Source: Mobula hypostoma
Lineage: Eukaryota
Assembly: GCF_963921235.1 (NCBI RefSeq)
Contig: NC_086110.1
Location: 18,104,001-18,168,000 of the forward strand
Direction of reading: 5' to 3'
DNA length: 64,000 bases
The notes below the pieces were generated by a model. The model was not told the origin of the DNA. It worked only from the letters and a program-made list of their open reading frames with translations, and made no database searches. The translations under genes were made by a program, and so were the position numbers. Of this stretch, positions 1 through 10,870 are shown piece by piece. Numbering within the stretch: the first letter of the stretch is position 1; each line of letters opens with the position of its first letter.

Positions 1-1300
1 ACTGAACATCGTCCCACTCACTGTTTTCAGAAGTGGAACTCCACACCTTTTCATCGAGGCAACCTTTCCTTTAGGTTTCATAGGCTGCAGTATAGGTGTA
101 CATCATGGAGTACAAGGAACCAGAGGGTGAACTTGAGACAAATGTGGCATGTTTGTCATTGAGCCTGAACACCTCCCTCTGCAACTAGATCCTAGACTTC
201 CTGGCTGGGAGACCTCAGTCAGTCCGGATTGGAAGCAGCAACTCTAACACCATCACACTGAGCACAGGGGCCACCAGGGCTGTGTGCTCAGTCCACTGCT
301 GTTCACTCTGCTGACCCACGACTGTGCTGCAACACACAGCTCGAACCACATCATCAAGTTCGCCGATGACACGACCATGGTGGCTCTCATCAGCAAGAAC
401 GATGAGTCAGCATACAGAGAGGAAGTGCAGTGGTTAATGGACTGGTGCAGAGCCAACAACCTGTCTCTGAATGTGAACAAAACAAAAGAGATAGTTGTTG
501 ACTTCAGGAGGACATGGAGCGACCACTCTCCGCTGAACATCGATGACTCCTCCGTAGAGATTGTTAAGAGCACCAAATTTCTTGGTGTTCACCAGGTGGA
601 GAATCTCACCTGGTCCCTTAACACCAGCTCCATAGCAAAGAAAGCCCAGCAGCATCTCTACGTTCTGCGAAGGTTGAAGAAAGTCCATCTCCCACCCCCA
701 ACCTCACCACATTCTACAGAGGTTGCATTCAGAGCATCCTGAGCAGCTGCATCACTGCCTGGTTCAGAAATTGCACCATCTTGGATCGCAAGACCCTACA
801 GCAGATAGTGAGGTCAGCTGAGAAGATAATCGGGGTCTCTCTTCCCGCCATTACAGACATTTACACCACACGCTGCATCCGCAAAGCAAACAGTATTATG
901 AAGGACCCCATACACCCCTCATACAAACTCTTCTCCCTCCTGCCAGCTGGCAAAAGGCACCGAAGCATTCGGGCTCTCACGACCAGACTATGTAACAATT
1001 TCTTCCCCCAAGCCATCAGACTCCTCAATACCCAGAGCCTGGACTGACACCAACCTACTGCCCTCTACTGTGCCTATTGTCTTGTTTATTATTTATTGTA
1101 ATGTCTGCACTGTTTTGTGCACTTTATGCAGTCCTGGGTAGGTCTGTAGTCTAGTATAGTTTTTGTGTTGTTTTATGTAGTTCAATGTAGTTTTTGTATT
1201 GTTTCATGTAGCACAATGGTCCTGAAAAATGTTGTCTTGTTTTTGCTGTGTACTTTACCAGCAGTTATGGTCGAAATGACAATATAAAGTGACTTGACTT
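1..1300 (+). mobile_element. Rex1/Babar-type non-LTR retrotransposon, 3' part (decayed RT plus 3' UTR)
   Basis: RT motifs LSPLLFTLLTHD, IIKFADDTT and LNVNKTKEIVVDF in broken frames. Ends in a (GACTT)n tail at ~1290-1300. Confidence 0.85.
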
Positions 1301-1520
1301 TCCTTTCTTCTGTACCCCCCTCCCCACCAACCAATATTGTTTTTTTAAAAATTCTCATGGTGCCTTGTGCTATGCTTTGCCATGTCTTCTAATGTGCATG
1401 ATTTGTAGTTACTGGCTAGTTAATGAATAGCATTAAATCCCATTTTTCTTAAAAAATGATCTAAAGATTCAGCAGTAACATTGTGGCAACTTAGTAATTG
1501 AAGGAATTTAACAATGCAAC

Positions 1521-1522
<2 letters not shown>

Positions 1523-1553
<31 letters not shown>
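1523..1553. repeat. (AC)n microsatellite
   Basis: About 15 AC units, seen directly. Confidence 0.95.
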
Positions 1554-1559
<6 letters not shown>

Positions 1560-2441
1560 TATACCTCATTTATCAGAATAATTATCAAAAAAAGGGAAGG
1601 AAAAAATAGTAAACTGTCTGACCGAAAATCTGAACTATTTGAAAGAGAAGGGGGAACCAAATCACTGGTTATTCTGATTAATTCCTGCTCTCTGATGTTT
1701 TCACCATATGTTATTCATCAAAGCCAAACTACATTACAGACACTCTGCCAGACCATAGACCTAAATGTCTTGGCTTCTGCTTGATTAATTCTGTTATCCA
1801 TTTGATCTGACTTAAAATAAATACTAATAAAGAGCAAGTTTGTGGTTGCATCATGTGGGGCAAAATTTACTTCTTTCTTGTGGAAAAAGAAAAGAATTCA
1901 GCATTTTACTCTCTCATTGGCAACTATGAGGTCTTTGCATATGGATCTATTACAATCTCACCAAAGGATAGTGACGTGGCTCTCGGTATCTTGAAAGGAA
2001 ATGTAGAGAACCTGTACGTGCAGGTGCCTACTAGGGAAAATAACCTTTGGACCAAAATAAAACGGACAATGTTTCTCAGTATCAAAAGACTACATTTAGG
2101 AAGAGAAGAAAATTAACACCCCACATCCATATTCCTGAAGGACAGCACTTCTCAGACGCTGCCAGTCTGAGTAAATGCATTCATTTTCTGTCAGGATGTT
2201 GATTCCAGATACCTTGAACTTAACCATTTCCCTTCCATGGTTCTATAGTAAAGGCCTGTTGAAAATCCATCTCCATTACAACCACTGGTGGCTTTTGAAC
2301 ACAATCCATTGGTACAAACTGAAAAGCACACTAGGATAGTCAGATGAGGAGACACAAAATACTCTGCAGATGCTGGGGTCAAAGCAACACTCACAACCGC
2401 TAGAGGAACTCAGCAGGTCAGGCAGCATCCATGGAAAAGAT

Positions 2442-2479
2442 CGGTCGGCGTTTCGGGCTGGATCCCTTCATCAGGACTG
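2442..2479 (-). ncRNA. Minimal type I hammerhead motif, probably inactive (GCC in place of GTC)
   Basis: The minus strand reads CAGTC-CTGATGA-A-GGG atccag CCC-GAAAC-GCC-GACCG. Confidence 0.6.
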
Positions 2480-4225
2480 AAGAGGAAAGGGGCAGAGGCC
2501 CTATAAAGAAGGTGGGGGGAGGGTGGGAAGGAGAAGGCTGGTAGGTTCCAGGTGAAAAACCAGTAAGGGGAAAGATAAAGGGGTGGGGGAAGGGAGGCAG
2601 GGAGGTGATAGGCAGGAAAGGTGAAGAAAGAATAGGGGAAAACACAATGGGTAGTAGAAGGAGGCAGAACCAAGAGGGAGGTGGTAGGCAGCTGGGGGAG
2701 GAGGCAGAGTGAAACTGGGATAGGGGAAGGGAGGGGGAGGGGGAGGGGGAGGGAATTACCGGAAGTTGGAGAAATCTATGTTCCTACCAAGAGACTGGAG
2801 ACTACCTAGACAGTATATGAAGTGTTGCTCCTCCAACCTGAGTTTAGCCTCATCATGGCAGTAGAGGAGGCCATGTATGGATATATCTAAATGGGAGTGG
2901 GAAGCAGAGTTGAAGTGAGTGGCTACTGGGAGATCCTGTCTGTTTTGGCGGATGAAGCAGAGGTGCTCGATGAAGCAGTCCCCCAATCTGCGTTGGGTTT
3001 CACCAATTTAGAGGAGGCCGCACCGGGAGCAACGGATGCAATAAATGGCCCCAACAGACTCACAAGTAAAGTGTTGCCTCACCTGGAAGTACTGTCTGGG
3101 GCCCTGAATGGTGGCAAGAGAGGAGATGTAGGGACAGGTGTAGCACTTGCGCTTACAGGGATAAGTGCCGGGCGAGAGATCCGTGGGGAGGGACGTGTGG
3201 ACCAGAGAGTCGCGGAGGGACCGATCCCTGCGGAAGGCAGAGAGGGGTGGAGAGGGAAAGATGTGCTTAGTGGTGGGGTCCTGTTGAAGGTGGCGGAAGT
3301 TGCAGAGGATAATGTGTTGGATCCGGAGGCTAGTGGGGTGGACAACAGGGACAGAGTTCCCCTTGTCCTCACCTACCACCCCACTAGCCTCCGGATCCAA
3401 CACATTAGCCTCCGCAACTTCCACCACCTTCAACAGGACCCCACCACTAAGCACATCTTTCCCTCTCCACCCCTCTCCGCCTTCCACGGGGATCGGTCCC
3501 TCCGCAACTCCCTGGTCCACACGTCCCTCCTCACGGATCTCCCACCTGGCACTTATCCCTGTAAGTGCAAGTGCTACACCTGTCCCTACATCTCCTCTCT
3601 TGCCACCATTCAGGGCCCCAAACAGTACTTCCAGGTGAGGCAACACTTCACTTGTGATTCTGTTGGGGTCATCTATTGCATCCGGTGCTCCCGGTGCGGC
3701 CTCCTGTACATCGGTGAAACCTGACGCAGATTGTGGGACCGCTTCATCGAGCACCTCCACTCTGTCTGCCAAAACAGACAGGATCTCCCAGTAGCCACCC
3801 ACTTCAACTCTGCTTCCCACTCCCATTCAGATATGTCCATACATGGCCTCCTCTACTGCCATGATGAGGCTAAACTCAGGTTGGAGGAGCAACACCTCAT
3901 ATACTGTCTAGGTAGTCTCCAGCCCCTTGGTAGGAACATAGAATTCTCCAACTTCCGGTAATTCCCTCCCCCTCCCTTCCCCTATCCCTATGTCACTCTG
4001 CCCCCTCCCCCAGCTGCCTACCACCTCCCTCTTGGTTCCGCCTCCTTCTACTACCCATTGTGTTTTCCCCTATTCCTTCTTCACCTTTCCTGCCTATCAC
4101 CTCCCTGCTTCCCTTCCCCCACCCCTTTATCTTTCCCCATACTGGTTTTTCACCTGGAACCTACCAGCCTTCTCCTTCCCACCCTCCCCCCACCTTCTTT
4201 ATAGGGCCTCTGCCCCTTCCCCCTA

Positions 4226-4263
4226 CAGTCCTGACGAAGGGTTCCAGCCCGAAACGTCAACCG
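4226..4263 (+). ncRNA. Minimal type I hammerhead ribozyme motif (PLE-associated)
   Basis: CAGTC-CTGACGA-A-GGG ttccag CCC-GAAAC-GTC-AACCG. The CUGAnGA/GAAA core, short stem II, palindromic ACGT stem III and GUC cleavage triplet are present. Stem I has mismatches. Confidence 0.7.
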
Positions 4264-5994
4264 ATCTTTTCCGCGGATGCTGCCCGACCTGCTGAGTTCC
4301 TCCAGCGGTTGTGAGTGTTAGTCAGATGAGGAAGTGTGTAATTTCTTTTTTGGCTCAGCTCCTTGCAAAAAGGCTGGTTTGTCTGGAGTCTCCTTCCTTT
4401 TGTATCCATAATGTGCTTCCTTTATCTCTATTGTCGTTACTTTGTGTTTATTAGTGATAACTGTGGTAAAGTATTCATTCAGTATCTCTGAAAATATTAG
4501 CCTCATTTCTTGAAGGTTTATGCTGCCTTGGTAGAGAAGGCTATTTTAATTTTCTTTTTGTTGATTTGTGCCCATGTAATATTCTATAGTATGTTTATTT
4601 CTTATTCAAATATCACAACTATTTTTCACATTCTTAATAAGCTTATCGTACTTGATGTTCCCATCTTTCTTGTGTTGTCTACGTACTTTGTATTTGCAAG
4701 TTTCTTTAGGTGGATTTTTATTTTCATCAGTTAACCTACCCATGGTAAATGAATACTTGGAAAATAGTGTGTACTTTGTCTGAACTTTACTGACCTTCCC
4801 TTTAGATTAGCTCACTGCTTCAAGTTACAAGACAAGGGGGGCAGTAATATAAAAATAAATTTATTTTCACAGAAGTTGGTGAACCTTGGGAATTCTCTAA
4901 TTTGGAGAGCTGTGGAAGCTAGATCATATGGTATTTAAAAGCAGATACATTTTTGAAGGATTAGATAATTGAGGACCATGTGTAATTGGCACAGATTTGT
5001 AACTGGGCAGTGCTATTCTCCTATCTCCTTGTTTTTTATTTAAATTTTACTTTGATGCAACTTTCTCTAGTTTTTGCCTTCCTCGGTTCTACATTCTTTT
5101 ATAACCCTTTGTGAGTTTTGAACTTTCTACATCTCTCTTAATTACCTATGTATTGTGCTGACTACAGTACATTGTATCTTCTGTGTCCATTCTCAAAACT
5201 GCCTGTTCATGAGGCAGAAGAGAGGTCTGTATACAACAGTGCTTTCTCATTATCCCTGCTTGTTTATTTGGGGCAGGTGTAATCAATCACAATTATAATG
5301 TTATAATTTGCTACTCAACATATGGATGTGCTTTCATACATAAGACTAGCAAGAGGAGCAGAGTTTTGCCATGTGGCCGTTGAATCTATTCTGACACTCA
5401 ATCATGACTGATTCATTTTCCCTCTCAACCCCCATTCTCTGCCTTTTCCTCCTAACCTTTGACGCCCTTGCTAATCAAGAATCTTTGAACTTCTGCTTAT
5501 ATATACCCACCAATATTCTTGCCACCACTTGGTGCCCCTCCTACAGCAGCTTATTGTGGTGAAAGCAGCATCTCTTATCTATCATTTTGACTTTTATTGA
5601 TTACACGCCTAAAATGAAGAAACACTATGGTGAAATGCAATTTGCCCTTGGTAGGTTATTCTTTTTCTGAGGTTGGACATACGCCATCTAATCGTGAGCA
5701 AGAAAAACATAAACTTTATGTTATCCCAGACAACTCTTATTCAGTATTCTTAATTGATTGTTTCAGCACAATCATAACCTACGTTAATCCCATGGGTCAT
5801 CAATATTTCATCCCAATATTAATGAATTCAAAGTTCTTTTCGCAGACAACCCAACCTTTGATCAGCAAAGTCTGGCTGTATTTTTCACCACCAATAGATC
5901 TCACTAATCCATCATTCACAAATGGGTAACTGCATACGTGCATCTGAGGAACTGAATTACTCCTTTACATCTGCATATTCAAAAACAATTTTAC

Positions 5995-6138
5995 CTCATA
6001 AATGGTAAACTGCTGCTTTAAGTCTGGGTCAGTTCCTTTATTACTCATGTGCCTTTGGATAATGTTTTCCATTCCCTGTTGCTCAAGACAATCAGTAACA
6101 TCGTAGAATGAATCCTGGTCTGGAAGAGCTCCTAGGGT
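5995..6138 (-). CDS. FHOD1: FHOD1-like formin, internal coding exon (144 bp): [48 protein letters not shown]
   Basis: Acceptor tttttgccAG and donor GTaaaa; phase 0 to phase 0. [17 protein letters not shown] matches FHOD1 better than FHOD3. The flanking exons were not found in the window. Confidence 0.93.
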
Positions 6139-7349
6139 CTGGCAAAAAACAAAAGAAAATTCTTTCAAATCATCCACATTTTTGAGGAACAATGTTCAGA
6201 AAGAAACATGAAGCCACCAAACAACCTTCAATGCCTGCTGGAAAACATTTAATATTTTTGACTTCACTCTCTTTGTAATAGCTTATTCTGATTAATTCCA
6301 ATAACTTCAACAACCATTAATTACCTTTCTTCCTTTGTATGGCATTTGATTCCAGTCATTAGAATGCATTTCTTTTGACATCCACTGACTTCAGTTTTAT
6401 CAGAGCTCCTTAACACTACACCTGGTCTGATTCTACCTTAAAATACAGGACAGTCACTTTCACTGCACTTTTGGTCACTGGTCAGCAGTCCACATCTTTA
6501 CCAAGGCAATTATGAGGTCTAGTTAACCAGTGGTCCTCCTAGCTCAACAATACAACTTCAGCACCATCTTCTCAAGGGCAGTTTGGGGTAGGCCAAAAAG
6601 CCTAACTGAATCAGAAATGTCCGGATTTTAAGAGATCAAATATTGGTGAGAAGGCAACCTGAGAAAGTGCCACATGAAAGCACTCTGGTTGATGTATTCA
6701 TTTAGTTAATAATTGACTGTAGACTAACCGGCAAGATTGGACTGGTACCTGATTTTTTTGCATTAGAATTGATCTTGAAATATTCCTCATTGGCAAGTAG
6801 ATGTTATTGTGGTAACTATACTGAATTATAGCTGGTTCCAGAGTACAAGTTATTAGAACTACATTTGGGTGTTATCTGGACCTACTGCCTTTCCCATTTC
6901 AGTTCCTCAGCCTTTCCTAGATATCTTGTGAGGTGAATCAAATTGGTTAGAAATTGTTCTCTGTATCAGTGGGAATCTGAGGAAGAACCAGAAATAGACT
7001 CCACGCCTATAAATGAATATGATTGTAAATGCTTCATCCATGACTTTGGCATGAACATGTTGAGTCTTTGTTGTTGTTGAGAATGGCGCTGTTATCGGAA
7101 TATCCTCCTTCTATCAGCTGTTTGTTTACCACCATTCATATCTAGATGCATCCAGATAGTAAAGCTCTGACCTGGTCCACTGGATATTAGATCACAGCTC
7201 TCTCTTTCTTATGGTGCTCTCACCATTGAGCACATATCTTATCAGGTCAGTGCATCTACTCTGGGTACACTTGGTGCTGCTCGCCAGTCCTCACTCAATC
7301 AAGATTGGTCACCTGGCATGATAATAATCAATACCTCTGATGGTCTATC

Positions 7350-7960
7350 CTCAGCCCAACATATCAATGCAGCTACATAGAAGGCACGGCAGCAACTATA
7401 TTTCATTAGGAATTTGCGATTCGGTATGTTACTTAGAACCTTCACATATTTCTACAGAAGGACCATGGCTGCATCACTCTCTGGTATGGGGGGGGGGGGA
7501 GGGCTACAGCACAGGATACAAATAAGCTGCAGAGAGCTGTAAACTTAGTCAGCTCCATCATGGGCACCAGACTCCATAGTACTGTATCCAGGACATCTTC
7601 AAGGAGTGATAACTCAGAAAGGTGGCATCCATCATTAAGGATCCCCTATTATGCAGGACATGCCCTCTTCTTATTGTTATTGTCAGGAAGGAAGTACAGG
7701 AGCCTGAAGGCACACACTCAGTGATTCAGGAACAGCTTCCTGCCCGCTGCCATCTGATTTCTGAATGAACATTGAACTCATGAACACTAGCTTGCTGCTT
7801 ATTTTAATTTTTTTTCTTTTGCACTACTTGTTTGATTTAATACATACTTACTATCATTCACGTTTTTCTACTATTATGTATTGCAGTGTACTGCTGCCAC
7901 AAAGGCAACAAATTTCATGAGATATGCTGGTGATATTCAACCTGATTCTGACTCTGAATG
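7350..7960 (+). mobile_element. Decayed non-LTR retrotransposon 3' fragment (Rex/L2-like)
   Basis: Degenerate similarity to the C-terminal part of the element at 1-1300. Ends in an aacctgattctgactctga tail. Confidence 0.65.
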
Positions 7961-8066
7961 TATTAACACAGAATGTATTTTTAAAAATTACATGTAACAA
8001 ATCTAATGCTAAGAATATAACCAGAAGGGTAGATAAGGGGACGCCAGCGGTGGTAGTACAAACTAA

Positions 8067-8337
8067 GGGCAGCACGCTGGTGCAGTGGTTAGCATAACGA
8101 TTGTAACACCAGCAAACCAGGTTCAATTCCACTGCAGTCGGTAAGGAACTCACATTCTCCCCATCACCAGTTGGGTTTCCTCTGGGTGCTCAGCTTCCCC
8201 CCACATTCCAAAGACAAATGGATGAGGGTTAGTAAGTTGTGGGTCCCAGAAGCATGGTGACATTTGCGAGCTGCTCTCAGCTCATCCTCAGACTGTGTTG
8301 GTCGTTGACGCAAACAATGCATTTATGTTTTGATGTA
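8067..8337 (+). mobile_element. tRNA-derived V-type SINE, interrupted near its tail by the Tc1 element (remainder at ~9960-9985)
   Basis: A-box-like tggtgcagtggtt, B-box ggttcaattcc, and V-domain-like tgggtttcctctgggtgctc...cccacattccaaagac. Confidence 0.7.
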
Positions 8338-9962
8338 CAGAGCTTATAAAAAGTATTCGCATCTCCTTGGAAGTTTCCATGGTCTTATTGTTTTACAACA
8401 TTAACTCACAGTGGATTTAATTTGACATTGATCAACAGAAAAAGACTCTTTTGTGTCAAAGTTAAAACAGATTGCTACAAAGTGATGTAAATTAATCTCA
8501 AGTATAAAACACAAAATAATTGATTGCATAAGTATTCCCCCCTTCAAGTCAGTTTTTAGTAGATACACCTTTGGCAGCAATTACAGCCTTGACTCTGTCT
8601 GGATAGATCTCTATCAGCTTTGCACATCTGGACACTGCAATTTTTCCCCAATCTTCTTTACAAAACTGCTTAAGCTCTGTCTCATTGCATGGATATCGTG
8701 ACTGAATAGCCCTTTTCAAGTCCAGCCACAAATTCGCAATTGGATTGAGGTTTGGACTCTGACTTGGCCACTCCAGGACGTTGACCTCGTTATTTTTAAG
8801 CCATTTCTGTGTTGCTCTGGCTTTATGCTTGGGGTCAATGTCTTGCTGGAAAACAAATCTTCTTCCACGTTGCAGTTCTCTTGCAGATTGCATCAAGTTT
8901 TCCTCCAAGATTTCCCTGGATTTTGCTGCATTCATCTTACCCTCTACCTTCACAAGCTTTCCAGGGCCTCCTGCAGTGAAGCATCCCCACAGCTTGATGC
9001 AGCCATGACCCTGCTTCATGGTAGGGATGGTGTTTTTGATGACGTGTGGTGTTGGCTTACGCCAAACATAGCGTTTAATCTGATGGCCAAAAAAGCTCAA
9101 TTTTGGTTTCATCAGACCATAGAACCTTCTTCCAGCTGACTTCAGAGTTTCACACATGCCTTCTGGCAAACTCTAGCCAAGATTTAAGGTGAGTTTTTTC
9201 AACAACAGCTTTCTCTTTGCCACTCTCCCATAAAGTTGTGACTCGTGAGGCACCCAAGCAACAGTTGTTGTATGCACAGTCTCACCCATCTCAGCCACTA
9301 AAGCTTGTAACTCCTCCAGAGCTGTCACAGGTCTCTTGGTGGCCTCCCTCACTAGTCCCCTTCTTGCATGGTCACTCAGTTTTTGAGGACGGCCTGCTCT
9401 AGGCAAATTTACCATTTTCTTTCTATTTTTTGATGATTGACTTAACTGAACTCGAAGGGATATTCAGTGACTTGGAAATTTTCTTGAATCCATCTCCTAA
9501 CTTGTGCTTTTCAATAAGCCTTTCGCAAAGTTGCTTGGAGTGTTCTTTTGTCTTCATGGTGTAGTTTCTGCCAAGATACTGACACACCAGCAAGTGGACC
9601 TTCCATTTGCAAGTGTATTTTTACTACAATCAATTGAAACACCTCGACTGCACACAGGTCTCCAAAAACAGATCTCCATTTAACTAATTATGTGACTTCT
9701 AAAACCAACTGGCTGCACCAGTGATGATTTGGTGTGTCATATTAAAGGGAGTGAATACTTATGCAACTGATTGTTTTGTGTTTTATATTTGTAATTAACT
9801 TGGATCACTTTGTAGAGATGTTTTCATTTTGACACGCAAGAGTCTTTGTTGATCAGCATCAAAAAAAGCCAAATTAAATCCACTGTGATTCAGTGTTGTA
9901 AAACAATAAAACATGAAAACTTCCAAGGCGGGGCGGGGGGGGGGTAATACTTTTATAGGCAT
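8338..9962 (-). mobile_element. Tc1-family DNA transposon, near full length, IR/DR type, frameshifted transposase
   Basis: ORFs 9173-9415 and 8549-9169 give GRPQKL, WGCF, FQQD.DPKH and WPSQSPNLNPI..LW. About 210-bp terminal inverted repeats (8338-8545 and ~9744-9962) carry inner direct repeats. TA at 8336-8337. Confidence 0.92.
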
Positions 9963-10019
9963 GTGACATATGACAATCAAGGCACACTTTTATATCTTTA
10001 AAATCCAGATACAGGCAGA

Positions 10020-10870
10020 GAAACGGCAGATAAAATTTATCCTAAACACAGGTGAGGCACTTGCAATTTGGTAGATCAAATGTAAAGGAAAAGTACAGAG
10101 TTAATGGCAAGACCCTTAACAGCATTGGTGTGCAGAGGGATCTTGAGGTCCAAGTCTGTAGTTCTCTGAAAGTGGTTACATAAATTTGATAGAGTGGTGA
10201 AAAGGCGTATGGCATGCTCTGGCCTTTATGCGTCAAGACAGCAAGAGTCAGGAAGTTATATTACAGCTTTATAGAATTCCAGTTATCTGGAGTATTGTAT
10301 TCATTTCTTGTTGCCTCATTATAGAAGGGATGTGGAGGCTGCCTGGATTATGGGGCAGGTACATAAAGGAGACCGGGCAAGCAAAGGTTGTTTTCTCTAG
10401 AGAACACTGAGGAGAAGCCAGATAGAAGTTTATAAAATTACGAGAGGCATAAAGTAGAGAGTTGGTAACTTCTTCTTAGGATTGAAGTGTCTAATACTGG
10501 AAAGCACTTATTTAATGTGGGTGGGGGGGAGTTGAAAGGAGATGTGTGAGGGCAAGTTCTTATACAGAAGGTGTGCTGAATGCCTGGATTACACTGCCAG
10601 GAGTGGAGGAGGAGGAAGATACAACTGAGGCTTTGAAGCGATTCTTTGATAGGTAGGTGGATCTGCAGAGAATGGAGGAATACGGACTACTATGCCGTTT
10701 AATTAGATGTCATTGGCTTAGTTTGTCAGCTCAAAATCATGGAATGAAGGGCCCGGTCCTATGCTGTACTGTTCTATGTTCCGTAAGGTATCACCCAGGT
10801 GGCTGCTACATAAAATAAGGGGCCAAAGGTTTGGCAGTAACATACAAGCATGGATAGAGATTTGGCTAAA
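10020..10870 (+). mobile_element. CR1 LINE 3' fragment(s), decayed
   Basis: Degenerate RT C-terminal sequence (gtgcagagggatcttgaggtc; gttatctggagtattgt) and a 3' end gaagggcccggtcctatgctgtactgttctatgttc. Confidence 0.7.

Larger units (their letters stand above)
2351..4318. mobile_element. Penelope-like element (GIY-YIG endonuclease end plus 3' region) present as an inverted pair of arms
   Basis: Both strands encode ...CYTCPY...FTC(D/E)SVG.IYCIRCSRCGLLYIGET (GIY-YIG). The arms at ~2386-3341 and 3376-4318 are reverse complements. A 14-bp TSD, TAGTCAGATGAGGA, lies at 2337-2350 and 4319-4332. Confidence 0.92.

Noticed and set aside
2210-2325. Possible next FHOD1 exon (gtgcttttcAG acceptor on -)
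   Set aside because: The phase-0 reading hits a stop and shows no similarity to the expected (N/V)AL..EDGD segment.
2891-3826. Overlapping 277-aa and 272-aa ORFs as a novel bidirectional gene
   Set aside because: They are mirror products of the palindrome: antisense Penelope sequence reading through the loop into the GIY-YIG frame.
8067-8140. tRNA genes at SINE heads
   Set aside because: A and B boxes are present, but there is no full cloverleaf and each runs into a SINE body.
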